DNA from: Azolla caroliniana
Taxonomy: Eukaryota > Plantae > Polypodiophyta
Reading direction: 5' to 3'
Assembly: GCA_043228905.1 (NCBI GenBank)
Contig: JBHGNT010000001.1
Location: forward strand, 19,716,001-19,780,000
DNA: 64,000 bases
Shown here: positions 1-11,849 of the stretch, in pieces
Numbering within the stretch: the first letter of the stretch is position 1
Layout: the number at the start of each line of letters is the position of its first letter
Program-made: the position numbers and the translations under genes
Notes under the pieces: generated by a model
Told to the model about the DNA's origin: nothing
The model's input: the letters and a program-made list of their open reading frames with translations, nothing else
Databases searched by the model: none

Positions 1-997
1 CTATTTGGAGAAGCTAAACTTTCATGTTATGAAACTACAATCCGCAAATGTCATTTTAGGATACCCTTGGTTTTCTAATAAAAACCCTTCTTTGTCCATT
101 GATTGGGTTAATCACTCAATCACATTTGAACTTAATAATTGTAAACATTTTATTCAATGTTCCAAACTTCCTTCTCATTCACTTGTGTCTTCTAAATCTT
201 TAAGTGAGTATCTAGTTCATTAATTTATTCGTGTGTAATTGCTCCTACGCTTCAATTTTATTATTTTAATATTGACGCCACACCATTACCACATTATGAA
301 CAATGATTACTCAACTCTATTTTAGACTATTTTCAAGAGGTGTTTCCTAACGAATTGCCGCTTACTTTACCACCAAAACGTAATGTGGACCATCAAATTG
401 AACTCATCCCCCGTGCTGCTCCTGTGAGCATTCCACCTTACCGACTTGGTCGATTAGAAGAGGATGAGATCGCAAAACAACTTAAGGAATACTTGAGTAT
501 GGGCCACATTAGGTATAATAAATCACCTTGGGGTGCGCCAGTTCTATTAGTAAAGATGAAGGAAGGTTCATGGCGAATGTGTATCAATTATCGTTGTTTG
601 AATAAAATGACAATTAAAAAGGCATATCCGTTACCTCGTGCCGATGATTTGATTGATCATTTGCATGGGGCTCGATATTTTACGAAAATTGACTTACGAA
701 CAGGTTAACATCAGATTTGCATTGCTGAGGATGATATTCCTAAAACCGCTTTTCGTACGTGCTATGGCCATTATGAGTTTTTAGTCATGCCTTTCGGGTT
801 GACTAATGCTCCAGCCACATTCCAACAAGCGATGAATAACGTTTTCCAAGATCAACTCAGTGATTTTGTTGTCGTCTTCTTGGATGATATTTTGATATAT
901 AGCCGTACCATGCAAGATCATGTTCAACATGTTCGATTTGTTTTCCAAAAGTTGCGTAACAACTCTTTCTATGCAAAACATTCAAAATTGCATCGGT
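1..997 (+). mobile_element. Degraded Ty3/Gypsy (chromovirus-like) protease-RT fragment
   Basis: Pieces [57 protein letters not shown] and VFLDD, with stops. Breaks off near 997. Confidence 0.85.
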
Positions 998-3900
998 GAT
1001 CTGTTGGAGTAATGAATCATCCTGCAACATATAAGTGGCAAAAAGATGCAATTGTTCAGCAAACGTCTAGATTCTTGAGCATAAGCAGCATCCCTAGGGC
1101 AGAGTGCAAGGTCAGCTCAACGAGAAAGGGCATCAACCTTCCCATGTTGGCCACCAGGTTGAAATACGATCTCAAAATCGTAGTCGACGAGAAATGTTGA
1201 CCAACGGGCTTGGCTTCGATTCAAAGTACGAGTGCTAGAAAAATAAACTAAATTTTTATGATCAATCACTGCCTGGACACGATGTTGTGCGGTGGCCAAG
1301 TAGGGTCGTCATTCTTCAAAGGCAGCAATGATAGTAGCAAGCTCCTTGTCGTATATGGGATAATTGATTTCGGAGGCCGTGAATTTCCGGGAGTAGTAAG
1401 CCACTAGGTGCATTAGGTTGGTGTCATCTGCCTAGGATAAGATGGCGCCAATGGCGAAGTCAGAGGCATCGGTTTCGACTTGGAAGGGTTTTGTAGCGTA
1501 GGCATGTAGCAGCACCGGGGCAGTGATGAATGCGTGTTTGAGTGAGTCGAATGCATTTTGTGCCTCCGAGGTCCATAAAAAAGGAGTACCTTTACAGGTG
1601 AGGGCGATAAGAGGTTGTGGTTGGGTGGAAAACCCCTTGATGAAGCGACGGTAAAAATTCGCGAAGCCAAGGAAGGATTGCACATCTTTAAGTCACCTTG
1701 GAGTCACCCACGTCCGAATGACAAGGACCTTCTTCATATCCATGGTGACGCCAGTGGGCGAGATGATGTAGCCCAGAAATTCGATCGAGGTACGGTCGAA
1801 CTCACATTTCTCGCCTTTGGCATAAAGGCCATGCTCGCGAAGTTTGGCAAGAACTAATCGGACTTGGTGAGTGTGCTCCTCCATGTTTGGCGAGAAAATG
1901 AGAATATCATCGAGGTAAATGACAACAAAATGATCGAGATATTCCCGGAATATATCGTTCATCATATGTTGAAAAACTGTTGGGGCGTTAGTAAGACCAA
2001 AAGGCATTACCTTGTATTCGAAATGCCCATACCGTGTTCAGAATGCGGTTTTCCATTCGTCCCTTGGCTTGATGCGTACCAGATTGTACACTCCACACAT
2101 ATCAACTTTGGAGAAGGCACACGCAACTCGGAGTCGATCAAGGAGTTCAGGGATCAGAGGGAGCAGATAGTGGTTGAGCACAATGAGTTTGTTGAGACCT
2201 CGGTAGTCGACGCATAAGCGTAGAGAGCCGTCCTTCTTCTTCACGGATAAAATGGGGGCCCCGGCCGGCGACTTAGAAGGTTGAATAAATCCTTTCTCAA
2301 GGTTCTCATCGAGATACACACGAAGGGCCTTCAGCTCTGGTGTAGACAACACATATAGAGGACCAAAGGGTGGACACGCACCTTCTTGAAGATCAATCGG
2401 ACAGTCGTAGAGCCGGTGTTCGGGCAAACGATCAGCATTACATTTTTCAAATACGTCGGAGAAGTGTTGGTATTTGTCAGGAATAACATGGAGTGTGTTA
2501 GAAATGGCGCCACAAACAACCCCATCTTGGACCGATGGTGGGGTAGCCAAGTCGGAATTGACCTTCTCCGAAGGATGGGAAACTGAATTGACTTTCATAG
2601 TTTTGCACGAGCATCCTGGCTTGCTAAATGTAATTGGCGGTTGCACCAATCCACTATTGGATTGTGCGCCTCCAACCACGTTAGTCCTAAGACGATAGAA
2701 TGTCGAGGAGATGCGATGAGGTAAAAGGTGAGCTCCTCCTGGTGTGAGCCCACACGAAGCCCTAATGGGATCATAGCTTGAGTAATTGCGCCTGACGAGA
2801 GGACACGCCCGTCGATGGCTTCAACGGGAATGGGTTTTGAGAGGAAAACGACGGGTACGCCATGAGCTTGGGCGAACGCGACGTCGATGAACCAAGAAGA
2901 TGCCCTAGAATCAAGTAAAGCAACAAACTAAATGGAACTAGAGTTAAACAAAAGCCATACCTCCAATGTGAAATTTCCTGACGGTCCGGCAATGGAACCA
3001 AGAGAATGTGGGTGACGAGAGATGTCTAGTTGCATGGCTCCTATTGCAACCGAACGATGTCGTTTTCCGGATGTTGGGGTCCGTTAGCCCGATGGAATTG
3101 TGGGCGATTACTCCTAGGACAATGGCGAACGACATGACCAAAGGCACCACAATACATGCACAAGCCATTAGCCCGCCGAAATTGTCGTTCGGCATCAGTC
3201 AATGGCCGAAATCGGGCTTGATCAATTTCCATGGGGACGGGAGCATCTGCCAAAGTAGGGGAGCGTGACGCAGTCGGTAGGAGGGATACCTAGGGGTGTA
3301 CGACTGGGGCGTGTCGTGGAAATGAATGAGGTGGAACCCAAGTCCGACGCTCTTCCTGGCGAAATTCGAAAAGACGATTGTCACAATGGACTGCTTGTGA
3401 AATCGCATGGGATAACGAGGTGGGCTCTGGAAAGTTCAAGAGAAGATTCTTGACATTGCTTCGAAGGCCCCGCCGAAAGTGATCAACTAAAGTTTGATCA
3501 TCCCAATTGACGTCGCATGCTAATTCTCGAAATTCTGAAGCATAGACAGAAGTTGCACGCGAACCTTGTTGAGTGCATAAAGCTTGTTAAGGGTTGTACG
3601 TCGTCGGTCCGTCTCTCCAAATGTGGCCTCTAACTCGGCGAGGAAGGCAGGAAAGTCCTCCAATAGAGGGTGATGAAGTTTCTACCAATGGTGCAAACCA
3701 AGCTTGGGCCGGACCAGAGAGAAGGGTGCCCACAAGGCCGACTTGTCGAAGACCATCTACATAATGTTGAGGTTGTAGCCGAATGATAAGTCGAATTTGG
3801 TTGATGAACCCTCAGAAACGCGACCTCGTTCCATCAAATTTTTCTGGGAGGCTAACCTTAGGCTCAAGGAAATGCGAAGAAGCTAGGCCAGATGTTGGTA

Positions 3901-4444
3901 TAAGATCGGGCTCTAGGCTAGGTTGCGGTGGGAGACTAGGCTTTGGGGATTGTGAGGATAGGGAGGTACTGACTTGAAGTTCTTGTAAAGAATTTCGAAG
4001 AGCGTCATTTTCAAGTTGGAGTTGTTGTAAGGCTACCATTATCTGTCTTAAGTCACTCGCTAAGTCAGACATAGGTATGGCTTATGAGAGGGAGAGCTAT
4101 GAGCATGGGACGGTGAACAAACTGTCACAGATAGATCATAAGCTCAAGAGACAAGAAAGAAGATAACCAAATGGATGGATAGTATTAATTGAAAGACTCC
4201 GTAACTGGTGTTGTTCACCTTGAATTCTGTCAAGGTGAATTCAACTATTTATACTACACGGCATGCATACTTGTTGCACACATGTGAATCCACAATAGAG
4301 CATCTAGGTATGCATGCATGTGCCAAGTGTAAATACTACAAGGGAGCAACTATGCACATGATGCTAGCCAAAACAACAAGGACCAATTATATACATAATT
4401 GTATACTAGATATGTTGGTTAACCCATAATACTTTATTATAACA
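998..4444 (-). mobile_element. Tcn1-like Gypsy: 5' LTR, gag, protease, RT, RNase H; integrase and 3' LTR missing
   Basis: Gag EPKVSLPEKFDG and knuckle CMYCGAFGHVVRHC; protease ALLDS(R)AS; [19 protein letters not shown] and IYLDD; RNase [21 protein letters not shown]. Clade assigned by motif resemblance. Confidence 0.85.
4123..4444 (-). repeat. 5' LTR of the Tcn1-like element
   Basis: TG...CA ends; minus-strand TATAAATA at 4246-4253; lies just upstream of the gag ATG (4072). No partner LTR to confirm the outer end. Confidence 0.7.
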
Positions 4445-4633
4445 TGGTCATGTCAAGAGTTCGAATCTTGACAGCGTCGACCGAGTGTGTGAAGCATGTC
4501 AACTCGAAAAACAACATCGACTTCCATTTCCAAAGGACAGATACATAAGCAAAGGCCTCCTTGATGTCATCCACTCAGATGTATGGGACCGGTTCAAATA
4601 CCAACGATCGGAGGGTGCCGGTACTACGTCACC

Positions 4634-5206
4634 TTTATTGATGACTACTCCCGCTACACGTGGATCTTCCCGATGAAGAAGAAGAGTGAAGTGCTCTCCC
4701 ACTTCCAAAACCTCAAGGGCCAAGTCAACTTTATCGATGACTACTCCCGCTACACGTGGATCTTCCCGATGAAGAAGAAGAGTGAAGTGCTCTCCCACTT
4801 CCAAAACCTCCAAGGGCCAAGTCAACTTTATCGATGACTACTCCCGCTACACGTGGATCTTCCCGATGAAGAAGAAGAGTGAAGTGCTCTCCCACTTCCA
4901 AAACCTCAAGGGCCAAGTCAACTTTATCGATGACTACTCCCGCTACACGTGGATCTTCCCGATGAAGAAGAAGAGTGAAGTGCTCTCCCACTTCCAAAAC
5001 CTCAAGGGCCAAGTCAACTTTATCGATGACTACTCCCGCTACATGTGGATCTTCCCGATGAAGAAGAAGAGTGAAGTGCTCTCCCACTTCCAAAACCTCA
5101 AGGGCCAAGTCAACTTTATCGATGACTACTCCCGCTACATGTGGATCTTCCCGATGAAGAAGAAGAGTGAAGTGCTCTCCCACTTCCATAAGCTCAAGGG
5201 CCAAGT
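4634..5206 (+). repeat. Tandem array of 6 x 96 bp inside the integrase
   Basis: Units start at 4634, 4730, 4827, 4923, 5019 and 5115; unit encodes FIDDYSRYTWIFPMKKKSEVLSHFQNLKGQVN. Unit 2 has a 1-bp insertion. Confidence 0.95.
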
Positions 5207-5409
5207 GGAGAAAGAAACGGGTTGGCATATTCGATGCCTACGAATGGATAGAGGAAATGAGTACTTCTCTGATGAATTCATCTCCTACCTCCAAGGTGAA
5301 TCCATTTGGAGAGAATTTTTGTGCCGACACACACCACAACAAAATGGAGTAGCCGAAAGAAAGAATCGACACATACTCGAGGTAGCACGTGCCATGATGC
5401 ATGAGAAGC

Positions 5410-8400
5410 TGTTGAGTGACAAGCTCAATGTTTGTGCGTAACACGGTGCGTAACCCAGTGCGTAGACTGGATGCGTAAAACATTACGCATAATGTAAGCC
5501 GTAACGGTGCGAACACCGCGAGGCCGTTAGAAAGATATTCTTCGAAAGGAATATTTTTGGGTGTGAGTGTAGCGGCTCATTTATGAGCGTCAAGTATTGT
5601 CAGTACTTGTGTCAGCCCGATTGTTAGGGCTTGTATAAAAGGTGCTCACTGAGCACGATGTATGTACACAGAGAGTCACTATTTTGAATTCGAGTTTCTT
5701 GTTGTCTGCTCTCTCTCTCTCTATCTCTCCCTCTCCATCTCCATCTCCATCTCTGCGTTTTCTGTGTTTTACTGAACTGTCTTATTCCTCCGAACTATGT
5801 ACTGTGTGTTTCACATACGCTTTCACACACGCTATTCTTTTACATGGTATTAGAGCACGAGGGTTGAAGTCCTCTGCCGTCGACAAGAAAAGCTTGCGAC
5901 AAAACAGAGTTGAAGTTGTTCTTCCATTTTTGTTCGGAAAAGAAAAAGATAGCAATATGGACAGAGGTATGGGAAGCTCGCTACCGACCGAGAAGCTGGA
6001 CAGGAGCAACTACGCGTCTTGGTCGTACAAGATGCACCAGTACCTACTTGGCCATGGCTACTGGAGTTATGTCGAAGGAGCTAATGATGTAGCACCCAAT
6101 TCGACACACATAGATTTTCCGGCTTGGGAACAAACGGCAAGCAGAGTTCTCTACTGCTTTGCATCCTGTGTGAGCGACCAGCTATTGAGCTATATTCGGG
6201 ATGCTAAGACACCAAAGGACACGTGGCCGAATCTCAAAAGGATTTTCGCCACAAGCACAATAGCCAAGAAGCTGCAACTCAGGCAGGAGCTCAGCAATGT
6301 CCGACAGAAAGATCTGTCTGTGGCTGATTACACATCCCGAATCAAGGAAATCTACGATGCTCTCGCTTTCGTCAATGTGAACATTTAGGAAGATGAAATG
6401 GGGCAGGTTTGCCTTGGTGGGCTAGCGTCCAGGTTCGGAGCCTTCCGAACGGCGGTTTGTACGAGGGAGAATACGCCTTCGTTCTTCGAGCTTCAGTCAA
6501 TGTTGCTCGTGGAGGAAAATCACACGGGTGCTTCGACGAGTATGCACACCGACAGCAAGATGTTGTACACGGAGGAAGATAGGCCCCGTGGTCGTGGTGG
6601 ACAAGGTGGATCGGCGCGCAATGGAGGCAGCCGGCAAGAGCAGAACAAGCGGCATAATTGATGTGTCAATAGCAATTCCGAACCCTCCACAAGCTGGGGG
6701 GGGGGTCTTGGCGGCGCCGGAAGCCGGCAAGAGAAGGCCGCGTCGGAATGCCGGTACTGTGGCAAAAAGGGCCACAAGGAGAGTGAGTGCTGGAAAAAGA
6801 GAGCCGATTCGGACAAAGCTAGATCGAGCCGGAAAAATGTAGACAGGCGTCAGAGATCACACTACGCAGAAGGCTTTGAACGAGCTGAAAACAAATCGGG
6901 CCCAGCCTTCGTAATGAAGCATGAGGCCAATTCTATGGCCGTGAACACCTCGAAATTGAGCGAGGTGTGGTAGTTTGATTCCGGAGCGTCAAATCATATG
7001 ATGAGTCACGAGGAATGGTTCTCGTACTTGGAGAAGCCGGAATCACAAGGAGTGGTCGAAACGGGAGACGACACTCCGCATACCATCGAACATGTCGGAG
7101 AAGTTCCCCTCAGCCACATCGGGCAGAAAGGGAAACTCATGAACGTATTGCACGTCCCGACAATAACCAAGAACCTTGTGTCGGTCAGACAGATCGTCAA
7201 CCAAGGTATGCAATTTCGATTCACGCACCTCGGCTGCTTGATAGAAGAGGAAGGCAAAGTGATCACACAAGGGCGTCATGAAGGGAGGATGTTTATCCTC
7301 GACACTAATCAAGCCGGCACCGCGTTGTACGTGAAAGGACAAACGGTTGAATCGGATATCGACCTGTGGCACAAGCGGTTTGGCCACGTAAATTTCCCAC
7401 AGCTTTGTGAGATGAAGACGAAGAACATTGTTTTCGGCTTGCCGAAATTTCGGGGCCGTAATGGCCAAGTCTGTGAAGCCTGTCAGATGGGAAAACAACA
7501 CCGACTTCCATTCCCCAATGAACGTAATCGTAGTCGAAGTCCGCTAGATTTGATCCATTCGGATGTGTGGGGTCCGACACAAAACGTGAGTCTCAGTGGA
7601 AGCCGTTACTTTGTCACCTTCATCGATGACTTCACTCGGCACACGTGGGTATGCACAATCGTGAAGAAGAGCGAAGTCTTCGCATGTTTCCTGAAGGTGA
7701 AGAGCCTTGCGGAAAGGGAAACACGGCATAAGATCAAATGCCTATAGTCCAATTGCGGGAAGGAGTACTTCTCTGACCAGTTCACAAGTTATCTACAGAA
7801 GGAGGGAATTCGACGTGAATTCTCGTGTAGATACACGCCACAGCAGAACGACGTGGTCGAGCGGAAGAATCGGACAATTGAAGAAGCGGCCATGGCAATG
7901 CTTGAAGAGAAGCATATGCCAAAATTCTATTGGGCTAAAGTTGTGAAGACGACTGTCTACCTGCAGAATCGGACTTCTGCTAATGGAGGAGTGTCGCCAC
8001 ATGAGCTATATTTCGGGAAAACGCCGAACTTGGCACACTTGAGGATTTTCGGCAGCATCGCGTATGTGCACATGCCGAAGGAGAAAAGGAGGAAACTGGA
8101 TGCTAAAGCTAAGAAATGTATCTTGGTCGGCTATTCAGATGAGCAGAAAGGGTATAAGTGTTATAACCCTCAAACAAAGGAAGTACGCATAAGCCGCGAC
8201 GTTGTGTTCGACGAGTCCGCTTCGTGGTACTTGCCTTCACCTCCAGTACCTCAAGACTCCATTTCGGATTTTGAGGAAGAAGTCAGCGTGGTTGAGATGC
8301 CTCTACATGATGAGGAAATCAGAGCTCTAAGAGAGAGACTCCGATCTCATTTCAACTTAGTGGGTCGAATGAGGGGTTGAGCCAAAATGGCCAACCTATT

Positions 8401-11235
8401 GAAGAGACGGCGAGTAGTGGAGACTCAGTCATGATGTCCCCGCGTAAAGAACCGAGGAGACGGTTTACACGCAAGGAGAAGGGCAAGAAGAAAATGCCGG
8501 AATACAACTTTGGTAGTTCAGAGTAAGATCGGAGCGAGTCTGACTACGAGCAAACTGAAAAGGAACCTCCACAGAAGAAGTCGACAGTAGCCGAAAAGGT
8601 CGTGAAATCGGGTAATCACGAATTACGCCGATCTACCCGCCTGAAGAACCCCGTAAAGAGATACGGGTATAATGAGTACATGGCACACCATTACGCGTAC
8701 ATGATGCGAGTGGCGGAAGTGCGTGAGCTGGAGAGCTACGTAGAAGCGGTGAAAGACGCGACCTGGCGTGCCGTAGTGGAGGAAGAGATGCGCACATTAT
8801 CGGAGAATGAAACATGGGACCTAGTTGACGCACCGAAGGGTGTAAAGCCAATCGGATGCAGATGGGTGTATAAGGTGAAATACAACACCGATGGCTCTGT
8901 CAGCCGCTACAAGGCCCGTTTAGTAGCGAAAGGCTACGCGTAGAAGCACGGTGTGGACTATGATGAGACCTTCGCGCCTATCGCGAAGATGACTACCATG
9001 CAAGTTCTACTAGACGTAGCAGCGGCAAAGGGGGTGGCACTTACATCAGATGGATGTAAAGAACGTGTTCCTGCATGGTGATCTTGAGGAGCAGGTGTAC
9101 ATGGTATAGCCCCCCAGATTTCTATCCAAACAAAACACCTCGGCAGTTTGCCGATTGAAGAAGTCCTTATACGGACTAAAGCAAGCCACGCGAGCTTGGA
9201 AAGCAAAGATTACGCAACAATTGCGTAGGATGGGGTTTGCGCTGTCGAAATCAGACTCTTCTCTATTTGTTCGGCAAGGTCAATATGGACCGGTCAGCCT
9301 ACTCTTGTATGTTGATGATTTAGTCATCGCCGGTGCCGACCTTGACAAAATCCTTCGCGTGAAGTCTCAGCTTGCAGCATCTTTTGAAATGAAGGATCTC
9401 GGAGACCTTCATTACTTCCTTGGGATCGAAGTGATCCGTACCCCCGAGGGCATATTGCTCAGCCAGCGTCATTACGCGCTGAATATGTTCTTCAAGTTCG
9501 GGATGGCAAACTGTAAACCCATCTTGACCTCTCTAGATAGAAACGCAAAGCTTTGCCGAGATTCAGGGAAGGCGTGCAACCCGAAACGGTTCCGACAGAT
9601 TGTCGAAAGCCTTATCTATCTAACGATTACTCGGCCGGATCTTAGTTATCCAGTCGGCCTAATCAGTCAATTCATGTTGCAGCCTATGCCCGAACACTTT
9701 CAGTGCGCGCAACAAATACTATGTTATGTCAGCGGCACGAAAGACATGGCGTTGTTTTATCGGGCAGGCATAGCCGAATAGTTAGTCGGCTACACAGATG
9801 TCGATTGGGCCGGAAACGCCCACGATTATAGATCCACATCCGGATACGCATTCTCTCTAGGAAGTGTGGCGATTGCGTGGAGCAGTAAGAAGCAGCCAAT
9901 AGTAGCACTGTCAAGCACGGAGGCCGAGTATCGAGGGGCGACTATCGCTACGTGCGAAGTCATTTGGCTAAAACGGCTATTACGGGATCTACATGTAGAG
10001 GTGTCTGATCTGACAACAATCTTTTGTGAAAACCTTAGCAGTATCCACCTTGCGAAAAACCCCGTGTTCCACACCCAGACCAAGCATTTGAGGTGCATTA
10101 CCATTTTGTCCGCGATCGGGTCCTTTCAGGAGAAGTCGAACTAGCGTATGTTCCGACGGATCGGCAGGTTGCCGAAATCTTCACCAAGCCTCTTGGTCTC
10201 AACAAGTTACAGCATTTCTCAGGTGAGCTAGAGTTGTGTCACCTCGACACACCGACCTTGGGGGGGAGAAAGGAAGAACAGGAACAAGGGCGTGAAAGGC
10301 TCGGGGGTGTTCATCACAACGAAAGTGACGGTGATGAGGAATCGGATGAAGAATTCGATTTCGGACCGGCTGAAGAAGTCGAAGAAGAGAGCAAGGGTCG
10401 CAATCGTAGGGAAGAGTCGAAGACAGCCGAATCAGCGGGAGATAAGGCCAAGACGAAGACGTGATCGGAAGTTGTCAAAGGCCTAAAGACAGGAGACGAA
10501 TTGGAGACAGCCAATTCGGATGAGAGCGGAATTGAATTGGAAGTGTTCGATTCAATCGGAATGTTCGATTCAGATACACTGAATCAATTGAAGGTCATGC
10601 AGAGAAAAGGGAAGCAAAGGACGCACCGACACCGCGACAGAAAGGGAGTTGAGAAGGGCCGAACAAACAAACAAGCCAACCAAAGGGTTGAAGCGCACAG
10701 AATCAAAAGGGTCAAGGAGCGCGAGCGAGGCGTGAAGCCAAAAGGAACCGGAGCGTAGATCTGGAAGAGCAGACGGAACCTCAAGTTGAGCTTGAGGGGG
10801 AGTGTTGAGTGACAAGCTCAACGTTGGTGCGTAACACGGTGCGTAACCCAGTGCGTAGATTGGGTGTGTAAAACATTACACATAACGTAAACCGTAACGG
10901 TGCGAACACCGTGAGGCCGTTAGAAAGATATTCCTCGAAAGGAATAATTTTGGGAGTGAGTGTAGCGGCTCATTTATGAGCGTCAAGTACTGTCATTACT
11001 TGTGTCAGCCCGATTGTCAGGGCTTATATAAAAGGTGCTCACTGAGCACGGTGTATGTACACAGAGAGTCACTATTTTGAATTCGAGTTTCTTGTTGTCT
11101 GCTCTCTCTCTCTCTCTCTGTCTCTCCCTCTCCCTCTCCATCTCTGCGTTTTCTATGTTTTACCAAACTATCTTATTCCTCCGAACTATGTACTCTGTGT
11201 TTCACATACGCTTCCGCACACGCTATTCTTTTACA
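5410..11235 (+). mobile_element. Full-length Copia element B (degenerate ORF)
   Basis: LTRs 5410-5844 and 10803-11235 (TGTTG...TTACA); TSD GAAGC; PBS TGGTATTAGAGC 5845-5856 (iMet, one mismatch); PPT TTGAGGGGGAG 10792-10802; gag-PR-IN-RT(YVDD)-RH order. Confidence 0.97.
5957..10758 (+). pseudogene. Element B gag-pol polyprotein with C-terminal extension
   Basis: ORF pieces from MDRGMGSSLPTEKLDRSNY through CRYCGKKGHKESEC, FDSGAS, LWHKRFGH, LLYVDD and IFTKPL; several stops and frameshifts. Confidence 0.9.
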
Positions 11236-11809
11236 GAAGCACATGCCGACTTTCTATTGGGCTGAAGCGGCATCCACGGCCGTCTATCTCATGAATCAAT
11301 GCACCACTAATGGAATGCATGAGCTAACTCCATACGAGCTCTTTGTTGTAAGGAAGCCAATCCTTTCGCACCTCAAAGTTGTCGGAACCATTGCAAATGT
11401 ATGCATCACGAACGAACAATGACAACAAAGTTGGAGAAATGTATCCTCGTGGGATACTCGCCCGAGAAAAAGGGATACAAGTGCTTCAACCCTTTGATCC
11501 GAGCAGTTCGGGTAAGTCGTGGCGTAGTCTTTGACGAATCGGCATCATGGTATGAGCCCAGTTCGGCTCCATCCAAACCGACCGAGGAACAGTTGGTCGT
11601 CAACTCGGATAACAATATTCGGCAACAAGAGGGTGACCTTATATAAAGCACCCTCCTCCTATTTCATAGAGAGTTGGTTGTTGCTCCTTGTAATGCTAAA
11701 TTTTTTGTAATTGGTATTCTCCTTGTTAATATACATCTTCTTGAGTACTTCATTTCTCTCATTCATCTATCTTGTGTTTCTCTCCTCTCCTCTCCTCTTT
11801 CCACAAGCA

Positions 11810-11846
<37 letters not shown>

Positions 11847-11849
11847 CTC

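Larger units (their letters stand above)
4445..11630 (+). mobile_element. Copia element A, integrase remnant (4445-5409 and 11236-~11630), split by element B
   Basis: CEACQLEKQHRLPF, HSDVW, FIDDYSR, TPQQNGVAERKNR. The reading resumes after B as KHMPTFYWAEAAS and KCILVGYSPEKKGYKC. Confidence 0.85.

Noticed and set aside
4634-5206. CRISPR-like array
   Set aside because: There are no unique spacers, the unit is integrase coding sequence, and the context is eukaryotic.
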